DNA of 64,000 nucleotides. It comes from Pecten maximus (Eukaryota). The translations under genes and the position numbers were made by a program. Below, piece after piece: positions 1 through 13,135 of this stretch. The stretch is from contig NC_047023.1 in the NCBI RefSeq assembly GCF_902652985.1, forward strand, positions 33,480,001 through 33,544,000. Direction: 5' to 3'. The notes below the pieces were generated by a model that saw only the letters and a program-made list of their open reading frames with translations, was not told where the DNA came from and did no database searches. Each line of letters begins with the position of its first letter. Position 1 is the first letter of the stretch.

Positions 1-1
1 A

Positions 2-3000
2 ATGGCGGATTTAGAAGACGGTGAAATACCAGATTCGGATGAAGAGGTTTGTAATGTAAAACACAACCCTATCATGCAAAACAATGGACCATCAAAAACA
101 ACCATTTTTCGTTACATTAATTTCCCATTCAAAGCAACCATACATAAACGCATTCGTGCCTATATTTACAAATGCATTTTTGAAGTGCGTATATTATTCG
201 TATTCACTTCGGAGGTCTTAGTCCGTCCGGTTGTAGGCCTTATTGGCGAGTCTCTTATAAAAGATACGACTGTCAAAATATTCTCGCCGTGTTGACCCCC
301 TAACATTGTTGAAATGTTGAAGTACGAATATGGTATGGAGTATCTATATAGGCCTTTTAATTTCACCACATTGTCCCACACATAGACCTACTATGGATAT
401 ATCATGAAGTCATAATACCACACACAGTCACACCACTGACACTGTACAGTACGTATACCCCGCAGGGACCACATGTACACTAGTCCGAATTTTCTAACGA
501 TCTTACTACGTAAGGCAGCGTTAAAGGCGATATTGACATCAGAGCCCTTAAGATTAGGACCACACCTGCATATACTTCCACAAAACACGACATATGATCT
601 TATCAAAAGATAACGTCTGAAACATTGGTTTTATGGTACAATGATTATGATGACATTTTTAAATGGGGATGGACCAGACAAGGAACCAAATTACAGCATA
701 AAATCACTTTTATCAGGTTTGGTAATATGATTTGTAATTGTATGCCATAGTATAATGTGTATATATCAGGTTTGGGTCCTTTGTCCAGTCCTTTCCTAGT
801 CATAATCTGGTCCGAAATTATCAAGATCATTTCCACTTTCATTTTAAATTATAGCATTAATTCAACATTTTACAAAATATACTGTGGGATACATGGTAAA
901 TATGTAATAGGAAGGAGTAATGAAAGATACCATGCCCATTGCCCACGATGGAGCTCAAACTATCGACATCTTGCCCTCAAGGCCAGGGCCAGAGGAAACT
1001 AGGGATAGTACTGCAAGATGAGCTATACTGCACTTTCACAATTGCAAGTTACTAACCCCTAGTTTTTACACTATGACGTACAGGGGCCTGTATCTGGTAA
1101 GTACATAGAAAATGATGATCTCGACCTACTTTATAGTAGTGCGCTGCAATATAGAGTGCTGGTGAGATAATATTTTCACCAACAGGATGCATGCATGCAA
1201 CTCTGGTTACATGTGTGGCATGATCAGTGTTAGACTTAGTTTAATAGCTATAGTTTCCTGTTTTAATCTTCCCTGATCCAAATGAGAGCTTACAAATTAA
1301 AAAATTGGAAAATTAAGTCACACAACGTAAGAAAAAAAACCACTAGGTCTTTTATTAAATCCTTGAGAGCATATTTTTGACTTTTGACATTTGAAAGCTT
1401 TACATTGGAAGTATACACTCTTACTATACATAGATTAATATGATGCACCTTCAGCTACATCATGTCATAGTGGAAATATGTTAATGTATTTAAATAAAAT
1501 GATTTTAAAGAATCAAAGTGATGTCCTTTTTTCAATTTTCAGGTTCCTTCATCTTTACCCAATAGTAAGCCAGATGATGTGTCGATGAACTATCCTCATG
1601 CAGGTGGTGATGTTCCATCCTCCTTCAGTGTAAGACAGCCTTCAACTAAAACCACATTATCGTACAATAACCATACATACCGCAGCAGACCTTCAAATCC
1701 TCCAGTGGACAGTGAGGATGATTCTTCAGGCACTAGTGATGAAGACACAGATCTCTGGCAGTGTAAAAAAGCCAAGTACTTTTCTAAACCAAGGGTTCAG
1801 AGTATGGATCTTGCTCATGAAATTACCTCCCCTCCTCGAGGAATGAAGCCACCTTCGAATGACACAGGATGAAGATCCATTGGAGAGCCCACAAAAGAAA
1901 CGGAAGGTGAACAATGTTTGGGGTACAGTCATTACAGAACAGACCATTACCCATTCATTCAAAACAGGTGCAAATGTTGATAAAAATGAGGATTGTTTGG
2001 AGGAACGAGATGTTGAGTCATATGATTACACAAAGGCTTATGATGACGATAGACCATGTCTTGTAGAACAGCGAACAATTCAATCACGAGAAAGCAATGA
2101 CCCATTTGAAAATGTTATTGATTCAATTGAGGAATTATATGATGTTGAGACAAAAAAATCTGATGTAGAAAGTAGAAAGCGGAAAAGATCTGTGAAAGAC
2201 CGAGTAGGCAGAAAAGAACATCAAAGTATGAAAGACAGAATAGGGGAGAAGGAACGACAAAGTGTTAAAGAAAGATTAGGTAAAAATGAAGAAAAAAATG
2301 TGAAGGACAGGCTAGGTCAGATAGATCCAAACATAAGCAGAATCGAAGATGTGAATGAAAGAGATCCAGAGGAAAAAGTGACCAAGGCCATATTGGATAT
2401 GTTGGATGAACCCAACACAGACTTAATTGGTGAGTAATGTTTGAAATTGTGGTATTAACAAGTTTTACAATGGACATGTGTGCAGCCAAGTTAAAGTCTT
2501 TGGTTTTGAAAGTTGTAGATTTTCTATTAATGATAGTTTACAGTGTACCCTTTGTTTGCCTTAGATTTGTTATTTACTGCATGATGATTACAGGAAAACA
2601 ATTTAAAAGAAAAAGAAATTACTTCATAAGCTGAAAAAGTGAGAAAAAAAAAATCATGGTCAACAAATCTATGCATTAAATTTTTATGAATTATATTGAT
2701 GTGCTGATTATCAAGATAATTGAAAATTAGTGGAAAAACTATAGGGAACCAATTAATGGATATGCTAAACTGAAAAGGCAATTAATCAGTAGTTTACAAA
2801 TGACAAAGTAAGATTGTGAATTTTCTTTTTATTATTGATATTGTAGGAAGGATTGTCAGTGTTATTGGGAGAACTTTGGCCCTGAAATTTGCTCATCAGA
2901 CGGAGGATGTGGAGTCAGCTGGTGGATTGTTGACGAATGTATGATCTTTTGAGCTGTGTGCAATCTTAATGATATATCTTTGGGCTGTTCAAGTAAAATA

Positions 3001-5842
3001 GATATAACCCCAAGGAAGGAAATCAATGCCAGAAATAAAATTCTGTGTATGGTGGAAGTGAGCGAAAATTTGGCTCATTCCATGATGTAGTATATATAGC
3101 TATAGGAAAGCATCTGCGTTTGGTTAGCACCAGTTTTCATAGAAAAACATTAGCCCCTACTCCTACTACATGTATATCAATCAGGTGTAACAATTAAAGA
3201 TCGGACTATGCATCGACTGTCGAACGAAAGTCAGTCAGCTTTCTATATATATCCAAGAGCTGTATATATATAACGGACAGTCTAATCGGTCAACAATTAT
3301 AGTTAGTATTGCTTACAGAGCTGGTCAGCAATCTAGATTGCCCAGGCCATTGCAAAACCGCTCTTAAACATATAGCCTTCTTCCATTACACTGTTGGTCC
3401 ATCGTGGGCTATCACATCTGCTTTTCGTCCATTTTCTCATCTTAAAATCATTGTTACATGACAAAAGGATATCGCACATTAATATTTAAAGATTATGAAC
3501 CAAGGTAGATCACAAAAATGTATTTGCATTTGATATTTTATCTGGATTGAACTTAACTTCAAAGTGAGCTGAAGCTCACCCCCACTTCCTATACTTTTCA
3601 AGTGTTACGCCTTGTTAATATATTAGGAGTATAGGGTGTTTATATATAAATACTAATTAGAAGCACATGTCTGTTGTATAGTTTGAATTAAATAATTTCT
3701 TTTGGTGGTTCCCGTCTGGCAAACAAGCTGGATTCCTCCCATTTGGTAGATATTTTACTAGAATAGCCCCTATGGATTTCACCACATATCGTGTTCACTA
3801 ATGAAAATATTCAAACAAGGCATATATATTAAAGTACATAATTTACACGCTGAAATAGAGTTATAGTACATAAGAATGCAAACAATTTGGTATTGGTGCT
3901 GGTGTATATATATTGACCCTTGACTTTTAGCAATTTCTGAAGTCAAATAACTATTTCTGAGAAATCTGAAGGGTCAAAACATATGTCAAATAGACATATC
4001 CCTTCAAACCCAAGAATCAGATCTCAATTTGGGGAGTCAAAAACATACTCTCAAGGGTCTACTGGATGCCCTGTTATATCTATAATTTTCACATTGTCCG
4101 GTTTAAAATACATATAAAAAAAAGATTGACAAAACAAAGTCTTCATTAGGCATTAGCGCACGCGCATATATACATATACATGTATATATTTTGTCAAATA
4201 TTGGAGGGAATGTGCCCCTTTATCTAGACAAGTAAATTACAAATAATCTTATACAGACATAAAACATAGAACAATTATAAAAGTTTAGTAGATAAAAAAC
4301 AAACAATATTGTTATGTTTGTGTTTATGCTCCCTTCAGTTGATAAATTTATTCACAGAAGGCCTATTGTAATTATTTAGAATAAATCTTGGGTAAAGTAC
4401 AGATGTTTAAATAAATACCTAGTAAAAAAAAAGATTTAAAAAGTAACAGCAAGTTGAAGCAATGTGATGGGAGCACATGCTATGTGCATATACTGTATAT
4501 AAAAATGATATTAAAAACACATTTATATAATATGTAGTAAAGAATGCAGAAAAAGGTGAGACAATTGTCAGGAGTATTAATAAGTAAGGCATGTACTGTT
4601 GTAGGATGGTGCACGGCGACGGACTCCAGGTGGTGTTTATTTACAGCTGTTAAAGAACAGTAAGGATATCACTAAGGAACAGACAAAGGAAATATTCGCA
4701 GAAGAAGAATTGAAATATAAAAGGGAACAACGAAAGATTAAACGAGCAAAGAGAAAGAGGTGAATTGTTGAAATTTACCAAATAAAGTGCAGAAATTTAA
4801 AGGCATTTTAACTTATACCCATTTTGAAAAGATTCCTTTAACTCTGTACCATGCATTATGAGTGTTCTAGCAACACAGCAGTGTTTGATGGGATTTATTA
4901 TACTCTATCATGCCAAAAAATGTACACATATATTGATCCTTTCTGTCTGAATTTTTATGATGTTAATATACTGATACATGTATTATTAAATCTTTTTTTG
5001 TTTAAATTTGAGTCAAAATATGGATCTTAAACAAAACATTTAAAATAAAGGTAGAAGTTTTGTCAAAAATTGCCATCAATACAAAGACTCACTCCAAAGT
5101 AAGGTGTATTGGTAAGTGTGTGATTTCAAATTGAACATATTCCCTAGCCTGTTTATAGTTACAGTATATATAAACATGCCCTATAGCTTCTTGTCTTTTT
5201 ATAAGCACATAACACTTCTGTAGGTCCAACAGGATATGGGAAATGTGAGTGAGGGATATATAAGTAATAAATAATTAATAAACATGATGAAATGTATGAA
5301 AAATAGATTGTCCTCAATATATGTTTGCATGTTATTGAAGTATATATGATACAGTAACATTAAGTGGAATACAATTTGTTTACAACACAAGTCTGATATG
5401 TTGCCCTTCTTCTTGGTTTATAAAAGTGACACCTTGAAGATATTTACAAATATACAAGAAATGTAGTGTTGGTATGTAACATATTTAGAGCTTGAATTAA
5501 AATATGGGATTTTAATGATTCTAACATAAATCTTTTAATATCTTTTTTTTCAATCACAGACAAAATCAGCTGAGAAAAATGTTACCACAGTCAAACTACG
5601 CATCCCAGAAGTCCAAAGGAGGTCGAAAACAGGATGTGGAGATGCGTAATGAGAATATGCCAGAGGTAGATGACTGTAACGATGACAGTGATGAGGAGGA
5701 TGGTCAACAGGACATTGCTCAAGAAATTGAGGCAGCTAAACAACAGCAGGTTGAGGCACGGAAAATGGACGATTCTGAATTTTCTTTAAATGATTCTGAT
5801 GTTGTTGATATTGAGCTTGGCGAGTTTGAGAGTTTTGAGTGA
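2..5842 (+). CDS. PHAX: Phosphorylated adapter RNA export protein; exons 2-46, 1543-2429 (frame break near 1847-1869), 2847-2938, 4605-4759, 5560-5842
   Basis: N-terminus MADLEDGEIPDSDEE; LWQCKKAKYF and RKVNNVWG motifs; spliced RNA-binding domain G-RIVSVIGRTLALKFAHQTEDVESAGGLLTN-DGARRRTPGGVYLQLLKN matches the PHAX RBD signature (RRTPGGVF/Y). All introns are GT-AG with compatible phases (0,1,0,2). Confidence 0.93.
2982..3769. mobile_element. Putative MITE in PHAX intron 3
   Basis: Imperfect terminal inverted repeats gggctgttcaagtaaaat / attttactagaatagccc (2 mismatches in 18); no coding capacity. Confidence 0.45.
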
Positions 5843-6134
5843 TTGAATGAACACACTAATACATGTATGGAAATCCAGCCAGTATTACAGAAGGGTTTCT
5901 GTGATTTTCTTTATATTTTTAGAATAATTTTTGCACTTGTATTGAGTGTATTATGAAATTAAATAATAACAGGGGTATCGACATTTTATTAAACAAATAT
6001 AGTATTTTCACTTAGTTTTGTTTCATTTTTGTTCTGTTTATGTTAAATTAGGGTATAATTATTTGTTTTGGTCTTTTTTTTAACATAGACTTTTTTGTTC
6101 TGTTACTATGTGTTCAGTTTCCCTTCGTTTGTAA

Positions 6135-6967
6135 GGGCGCACTTGATTTACTGCTCGGATCACCACTCTGATCCTATTCCGATCAAAATTAAATCAAGTA
6201 GGTTACACAATACAGAACCGGAGGTTACATGGCAGACACGAAAGCAGTGGTCTCCTATCTCGTTGTTGATGAAATTTTAGATGAACAACGAGATAGGAGG
6301 AAAGACGAAACAGAGCTTATGGCCATCTTCATTCCAGCTATTGGTGCTGTAATGTGAGTCTCTGATTATGTTTAACGCCATTATTACTTATTACGCTGTG
6401 GTTTTATATTTAAATGCTAGACTACTGTCTGTGAACTTAGTTTTGTTTGACGAAAAATCGATGTTAAATTTGTTTAACTCCCTCGGAAACATAATTCGTA
6501 TTTTTGAACAGCACTTGCTTTGTTGTAACTGAAATTTCTAAACTTTTTATTTATCTTGATTCCGATAATGAAAAAAAATTCCTTCTTCAAGACTAGCGAA
6601 AATCTGCTGAGATTTTACTATGGAGAGTAACGTAATGACATTACGCATTACGGCCGTTTTTCTTACTAGTCTCAAAGAAGGAAAAAATTTATTCAGAAAA
6701 ATTTCATGAATATTTGTTCAATTCCTATAACGACAAAGAGTCTTTCTAGAAAAAACAATTTTCATAAAAATGGAGCTATCACAGCAAATTTAATGCGGAC
6801 ATTGTTCATCTGTTAATATCATCCGCCATTTTGAATTGTGGTTTGCTCCATGTGCACCACCTCGCGAGAAAGAGCAGACTGAACAGTGATCGGAGCAGTG
6901 ATCCAGACACTTGATTTGAGATGTCAGCGATCAGCTGTGTACTCCAGTAGCTAAATCAAGTGCGCTC
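6135..6967. mobile_element. Non-autonomous DNA transposon (MITE, Harbinger-like)
   Basis: TIRs gggcgcacttgattta / taaatcaagtgcgctc (1 mismatch), subterminal inverted matches (ctgctcggatcac / gtgatcggagcag), flanks TAA/TAT, internal perfect 16-bp hairpin at 6252-6299. Confidence 0.7.
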
Positions 6968-7457
6968 TATATATGTTCTTTCTATTTCACTTTGTCCTAT
7001 CATTCACTTCCGACTTTGTTCCGTTTCATTCCATAAAAGGGGTTCAGAATGCTGTTGAGCAAACTAAGGAGTATTGCCATTTAAATGTATTCAATAATGA
7101 CATTTTAACTGAACAATAAGAGAAACAATCTCAAAATTTCATTGTTATATGTATTGTTGCTTTGCACTATTAGATTGTATGAAAATCATTTCGTCTTCAA
7201 TCTTTGCATTTTGTTTTGTTTCATTTTGGTGGAATTGTTGCGTTTCGTTCCATCATACACATGTTTCTTCATTTCTGTTCTACTGCAAATAGGTGTTTCG
7301 TTTGTTACTTACTCTGGAAATCTTGTTTAAGAAGTCTGTTTAAGGTTTATTACTTTTTGTTCCATTTCAACACTGTTTTTTGTTTTTATTCTGTTCCATT
7401 TGTCAACTAAAATGTTGACACCTCTGTATGTGATAGGTGATAAAATTATGGAATTTG

Positions 7458-7675
7458 ATTTGATTGTCCCTCAGTCAAGACACGAGAGACAAGTGTTGTA
7501 TGAAAACCAATAAAATCATAAATCAGAATTGGATTTGACTTATCTATTAATTATAAAATGTTTTTTATTTGATTGTCCCTCAGTCAAGACACGAGAGACA
7601 AGTGTTGTATGAAAACCAATAAAATCATAAATCAGAATTGGATTTGACTTATCTATTAATTATAAAATGTTTTTT
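7458..7675. repeat. Near-perfect tandem duplication, 109-bp unit x2
   Basis: gattgtccctcagtcaagacacgagag...tataaaatgtttttt starts at both 7462 and 7571. Confidence 0.9.
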
Positions 7676-9314
7676 CCTACATAAGTTTTGGACAGTACAT
7701 GTTCTTGTGCCACCAGAATATGTTGCCCCATACAGATTTTTGAAGCATTGGTTATTATTCCCCATTCTACATAAGGGGGAGGAATTACGAATTGGTCACC
7801 TTCCATTTTTCAGTCTCTGAGGTAACCTTTATTATAAGACCAATTTTCATGAGGTGCTGTAGAACAAGCACCCATAGCTATCGTAACCAACTTTCGTGAC
7901 GACAAATTCATTCAGAACTCTTGGAATTAAAATTCCTTCAAATGACATAGGATATTCATCAGCAATACATCCAGGAATGCACTTCTGTCTTCTGAATCTG
8001 TCTTATTTTGATTTTGTATTAATATACTACTTGCTTTTCTCCTTTATTTTTACCCCTCATACACAGCACATTTGAGTGAATGTTTCTTGGGTTGTACGTG
8101 TTTTAATGATTACCATGGTCTACATACAGATCTTTGACATATTTAACTCTTACATGCATTGTAGGTCATCGTCATTTTATCACAGTACAGCTGTAAACTT
8201 GGTTGTTTCGTTAAGATTTCATTAATTATTTAATAATTTAAGGTCATGGCGACCTTGGGACTTACTATGATGAAGGGCATATTGATGTCTGCCCAGTCCT
8301 TTGTTGTGAACTCCCCATCTGTGTGTAGAAGGGGTGTATTATGCTATTGTACACTGTGTTCGTCTGTATATCGATAAAAGTTCACACGTTTGCATTAGAT
8401 ATACTCTTTTGAGAAAGAGCCATAAACTTCACCTATTAGAATCAAAGATGGCCACCTGTAAGTCATTTTCACTGTTGGATTAGCCTTAAAGTCAGATATG
8501 CACATGAAATATAAAGACAGTCCCTGAAGGACAAAGATTTTCAGAGAAATTGAGATAACAAACTTCAACTCACAAAATCCAAGTAAATGTGTAGCTCCTG
8601 AAAGCATGAGGATTGACAGCTAAAATTGGTCCAAAACACTACAGTGCTTATAGTTTCAACAATACACCTGCAGTAGTTCTTGACAATTTGAGGCAACAAT
8701 TTTCAAATGTGAAATGGTTGCTGCATAGTGGCAATCTTGAATATCTGATCACACTCATGATCAACATAAACGCATTTGAAAAAAAGACATTCATTAGAGC
8801 TTAGAAATATAGAAGTTTTAACAAAATAATGTTTACCTGATCAGAATGACAAAAAGCAATTTGAAAGCTCTGAACATCTGATAATGATGGATTGAAAATG
8901 TGTTGAGGTATAGTGCCACAAATATAAAGAAAACCTTTTTCGATTCATGCACCATAAAATGACAAACAAGAGTTAGATTAATATGAGCATTTAATTTCAT
9001 ACATCACATACATATTTCATGCTGGCAGGAAATATTTCAAACCTGAGAAAGATTAAAATAATTTGTATCAAATCATTGGTAATGAGGCATCATTGTAAAC
9101 ATATCTAGTCTGCAATGTTTATACAAAATCTGTGTTTTTTAAAAAGTAGCATGATCAAGTTGCACTCTCAGTAAACTGGTGTTGTCATCAGTTGACAGAA
9201 AATCTACCAGCAGCAGAAACATTTGCATCAAATGCAACAAAAAATACATACAGCTGCTACAGTACTGCATTAGTCAGTAAAATACCAATAGGTCAGTTTT
9301 ATGCACATATATTA

Positions 9315-9496
9315 ATACAAAGGACAATAACTCTGTAAGAAATTGTTGAATATATGGCTGCATACAAAGTTTCATCAAACTTGGTTGATATATACTCAAG
9401 TTTCTCATGTTTACAAGGTTTTGTTAATGGAAGGTCAGACATCGGACACTAGGTATGGCATAAGCTCACCTTGTTACTTCAGACCAGATGAGCTTA
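9315..9496 (-). mobile_element. Degenerate Helentron/HINE-like fragment
   Basis: aaggacaataactc...aagtttcatcaa...taagctcacc-N-gatgagcttaa terminal hairpin, typical of the end of mollusc non-autonomous Helentron elements. Confidence 0.45.
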
Positions 9497-10510
9497 AAAC
9501 AAATAAAAAGGTAAAGGGAATTAAACTGTAAAAGGCAAGGGACAAGTTTCAGAATGAGGTAGTCCCCTAATCTAAGTTTCCCTGTGTACAACGTTAACTT
9601 ACCCATTTGTTTAATTATGACACTAACAAGAGAAAAAATGCTGCGACTCTTCAAAGAAAGGGGCATGATAGCAGATCTCTATATATTATGCAACACCAGG
9701 CTTCCCATGATGATATATATAATTATCATACTTTTTATACATGTATGTACATACTCGTGTTGAGGTGAAATAGTAATTAAATTACTTATTGTTCAAGTAG
9801 TCTAGGCGAGGAAACAAAAGGGCAATAACTATGCAAGTTTTTAGGAAATGCAGTTTATGGTTTACCCCCATCTAAAGGTATATATATATGTACAAAGTAC
9901 ACTAAATTAAGAATCAAACTGTCCAAATTATAGTATGAACAAGAAAGAAAAGAGTGGAAAGTCCAATATAGACAGCGAATTTCCATATGTGACACTCGAT
10001 CCATCTTCCACAATCATACATAGTGTGACAAGTTAAATGAAATAGCAATGCAATTATGCCCTTGAAAAATATTGTTACACTGTAATACCATCTTTCTGTA
10101 AGCCAATACCATACCAAAATATCTTAATAGATTGTAAAAAAAAAATGAACTACTCGCAGTAATCATGTCATTATTTTGATCAGCACAATGATTTAATTAA
10201 GCTACAAAATTGCTTTAAAAAAACCAACAAATAACAGCTAGATATAAGATATTTCAAATTACCTAGGTTTTTTTTGAAGGACACGATTGAACCCATTTTG
10301 AAATTTGTAATTTTCCTAAAAAAATGTTTCGAAAAGCTGTTAAATTACATTACCCTCCCATATAGTTGAGGCAAAAAGTTTTAAATAATATAGTAGGCAT
10401 GTACTCGCATATTGTCACACAATTATCTCCCTTTCTACAGGGAAAATCTACAGTAACAAATTGATTAATGCTTTATCAGACATGTTTCCTTGCTGCAGTT
10501 AAGACACACA

Positions 10511-12018
10511 CTATTCATCAGCTTTATCTTTGGACATTCTCAATTTCTTCTTTTGTATATCACTGTCTATCACCTCGATAAGAGATTCACTGTAGCGTTT
10601 CAGCACGGCTGGGACCACATATGGAACACCCATTAGAAAACTGTATGTAAGCCAACAATTTGGATTTGCTGCCACACCATATTCTCCTTTTGGATTACGC
10701 CGTAACAAGTTCACAATGCGAATCTGACCTTCATTGGGAAACAAATTATTTTGGAATGGAATTGTTTGAAGCTTCCTGGCAGCTTCAAAGTCATACACTG
10801 GCTTGTTCAACTTCTTCCTCTCTCTTGCCTCCTGAAATTTTTATAGAAAAATCATAATTAATTAAAAAAAATATGCTTCTTTTACAATGACCTCATATTA
10901 TATGGCAACATTTTAAAGTATTTTCATTCAAGTAAGTCAAGTGATACTGATGGTAGGATCAGGAGTGGTATATGTTCTGGTATTTGAAGTTGTTCAATGC
11001 TTAATACCAATCTATCATTTTATAATGTAGAGCGACATGAAATTTCATACCAGTAATTAAACTTGACCGCTTATCTCTTGTACGAGTTTGTGTCTCAATC
11101 GTCAATCTTAGAGTAGTGCCTTTAATAGGTACTTTCATGTTTCATGCATCAAAAGTATATATACATGTATGCTTTTGGTTTGTATTTATAAATTATAGCA
11201 AAAAAATAGATATATATACATACCTGGTTTTAGCTCCTACTCCTACTAAAGATATGATGGGAGTAGGGGCTAATATTTCTTTTTCTATTATATGAAAAAT
11301 TACTGTCATCAACCTTTCTGTAATTTTTGTTTATATCAACAGAAAGCTGTCCCTGAACATAATAATGATAATAATATCCATACATGTATAATCTAATTAC
11401 CTTAAGTGTATGGCAGAATGAACTAAGACATGAGGAGATATGCATCCAATATGAAGGCTGGTAATAGACACGTTTGAGGAGAACCTCTTTAGTTTTGGTG
11501 CACACTGCCATGAAATCACACCATGGTACTCCTGCCATGTACATCTGTCCCTGAATCTGTGCCATGTAATACCTTGGAATTCTTCCCCACTTTTCACCAT
11601 AGCCAAACAAGTTATGTATTGGAGCTTTGAATTCACAAACACCAATGGTTTTGCCCATTTTGTTTGTCACAACTGCATCTGGTGTGGCACCTACCAATCC
11701 TTTCAACATGTCACTTTCCCGTGGAACCCAGAAGCCAGATTCTCGAATTTGGTGTGCTTCATTATTTCCCATTAACAACTGGTAAGCTTCAAATATAACA
11801 GCCTCTGTATCTATTCCATGCTTTTTATTAGCCATTTCTTCAGATTCCTCCTCGTCAGCTTGGACATCTTCTGACTCTGAGTTAACAAGATAACAGAGGA
11901 AATCAAATGGTCGTCCTCTGCCAACCCCTAAGGCTTCCCCAAATCGTGATGCTGTCAGAGCCACCTTTTTTCTCTCTTGAAACCATTCTTTGGATCTTTG
12001 TTTCACATCTATCTCCAT
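10511..12018 (-). CDS. YqaJ-like viral recombinase / lambda exonuclease family nuclease, ~312 aa; coding exons 12018-11401 and 10831-10511
   Basis: Motifs QRSKEWFQER..LTASRFG, HGIDTE, ESGF, GATPD, EFKAP, YYMAQIQGQM, WCDF in the correct order. Donor AAG|gtaatt after 11401 and acceptor tttcag|GAG at 10831 join in phase 0 (CHTLK-EARERKKLNKPVYDF). An upstream acceptor near 12114 suggests a 5' UTR intron. Confidence 0.88.
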
Positions 12019-12713
12019 TGTATGATAGAGAGGAATTTTACAATCTCCAAATTATTATTTTTTGACTGGTTCACATCTGGGATTCCTTCTGTGTACCTTT
12101 CACTTCATTAGATCTAGAAACAAAGATAAAAAGTCAGTGATTGCAAAGTAAATTAAATGTACTGTCTGAACTAAAAATCAATAGTACCACAACAACAAAG
12201 AATTTTCTATTAATTTTTTGGGGAAAATCACTGAAAAAAAGCAACATTTTATGAACTGAAACACCCTTCTGATCCATCAGAGTCACTGCCCTTTATCTCA
12301 CTCGGTCAGTGGTATAGCAGTAGCTTGACAGTTGATGTGGGCAGAAAACATAAAACTTATTCTCTGAACAAATAGGAAAAAAATCTTCTAGGCACATTCC
12401 AGCAAAGCCCAACTCATCCATACATTAATGCTGAATTAGCCCTTTTTATGTATATTTCTAAAACTTGGTTTGTAGGTTCCCCTTTGTCCCTATTTAAATT
12501 CATTCCATATGGAGTCTGATGGGGGAAATGCACAGTCACAGGCAGCCATCTTTGATTTTGGTTGTTGAAAATTGTTATGATAAATAGATAATTTGAATTG
12601 GAGTTTTATATACAGCTGTATATCAAAGCAACATAGCCACGTTTCGAAGCGATTCACAAATTACTATCAGTGGCTATTGGGCCTTAAGCACCCAGCCAAT
12701 GTCTTTCTCAACT

Positions 12714-13135
12714 CTCACCCATCCAACAGCTGACCAACCTCAACATTGCTTAACTTCGGTACAGACATGCCACTCAACCGCACAACCAAAAAAGCTAGCT
12801 ATTGGACTATGCAGCTGAAATGACCATATCCATGAACCCTGGCATCCTCAGCAAACACAACTGTTGCCTCATGACCAGACCCCCTAGTCATGCACCAACA
12901 AGTCTCCAGGAACATAGTGCTGCCCATGCTGTCCAAAGGCACCATACAGGATACCAGGCCTGCTTGCTGCCACCAAATGTAACGTGCACCGGGGGGAACA
13001 ATGAGAGGTCACCCATCCAAGAGCTGACCAAGCTCGACGTTGCTTAACTTCGGTACACAGACAGGACACTCAACCGCACAGCCACAAAAGCTAGCTATTG
13101 GACTATGTAGCTGAAATTCCCATATCAATGAACCA
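12714..13135 (-). mobile_element. Two 5S rRNA-derived (SINE3-like) segments within ~125-bp direct repeats 294 bp apart
   Basis: Minus strand of 13007-13054 reads accgaagttaagcaacgtcgagcttggtcagctcttggatgggtgacc, matching the 5S rRNA internal control region (box A to box C). A more diverged copy lies at 12715-12760. Confidence 0.7.

Noticed and set aside
47-295. Remainder of the 97-aa ORF at 2..295
   Set aside because: Intronic; only the first 15 codons resemble PHAX and they splice in frame to 1543.
11230-11400. C-terminal part of the 262-aa ORF (VIRLYMYGYYY...)
   Set aside because: Read-through into the intron after a strong AAG|gtaatt donor.
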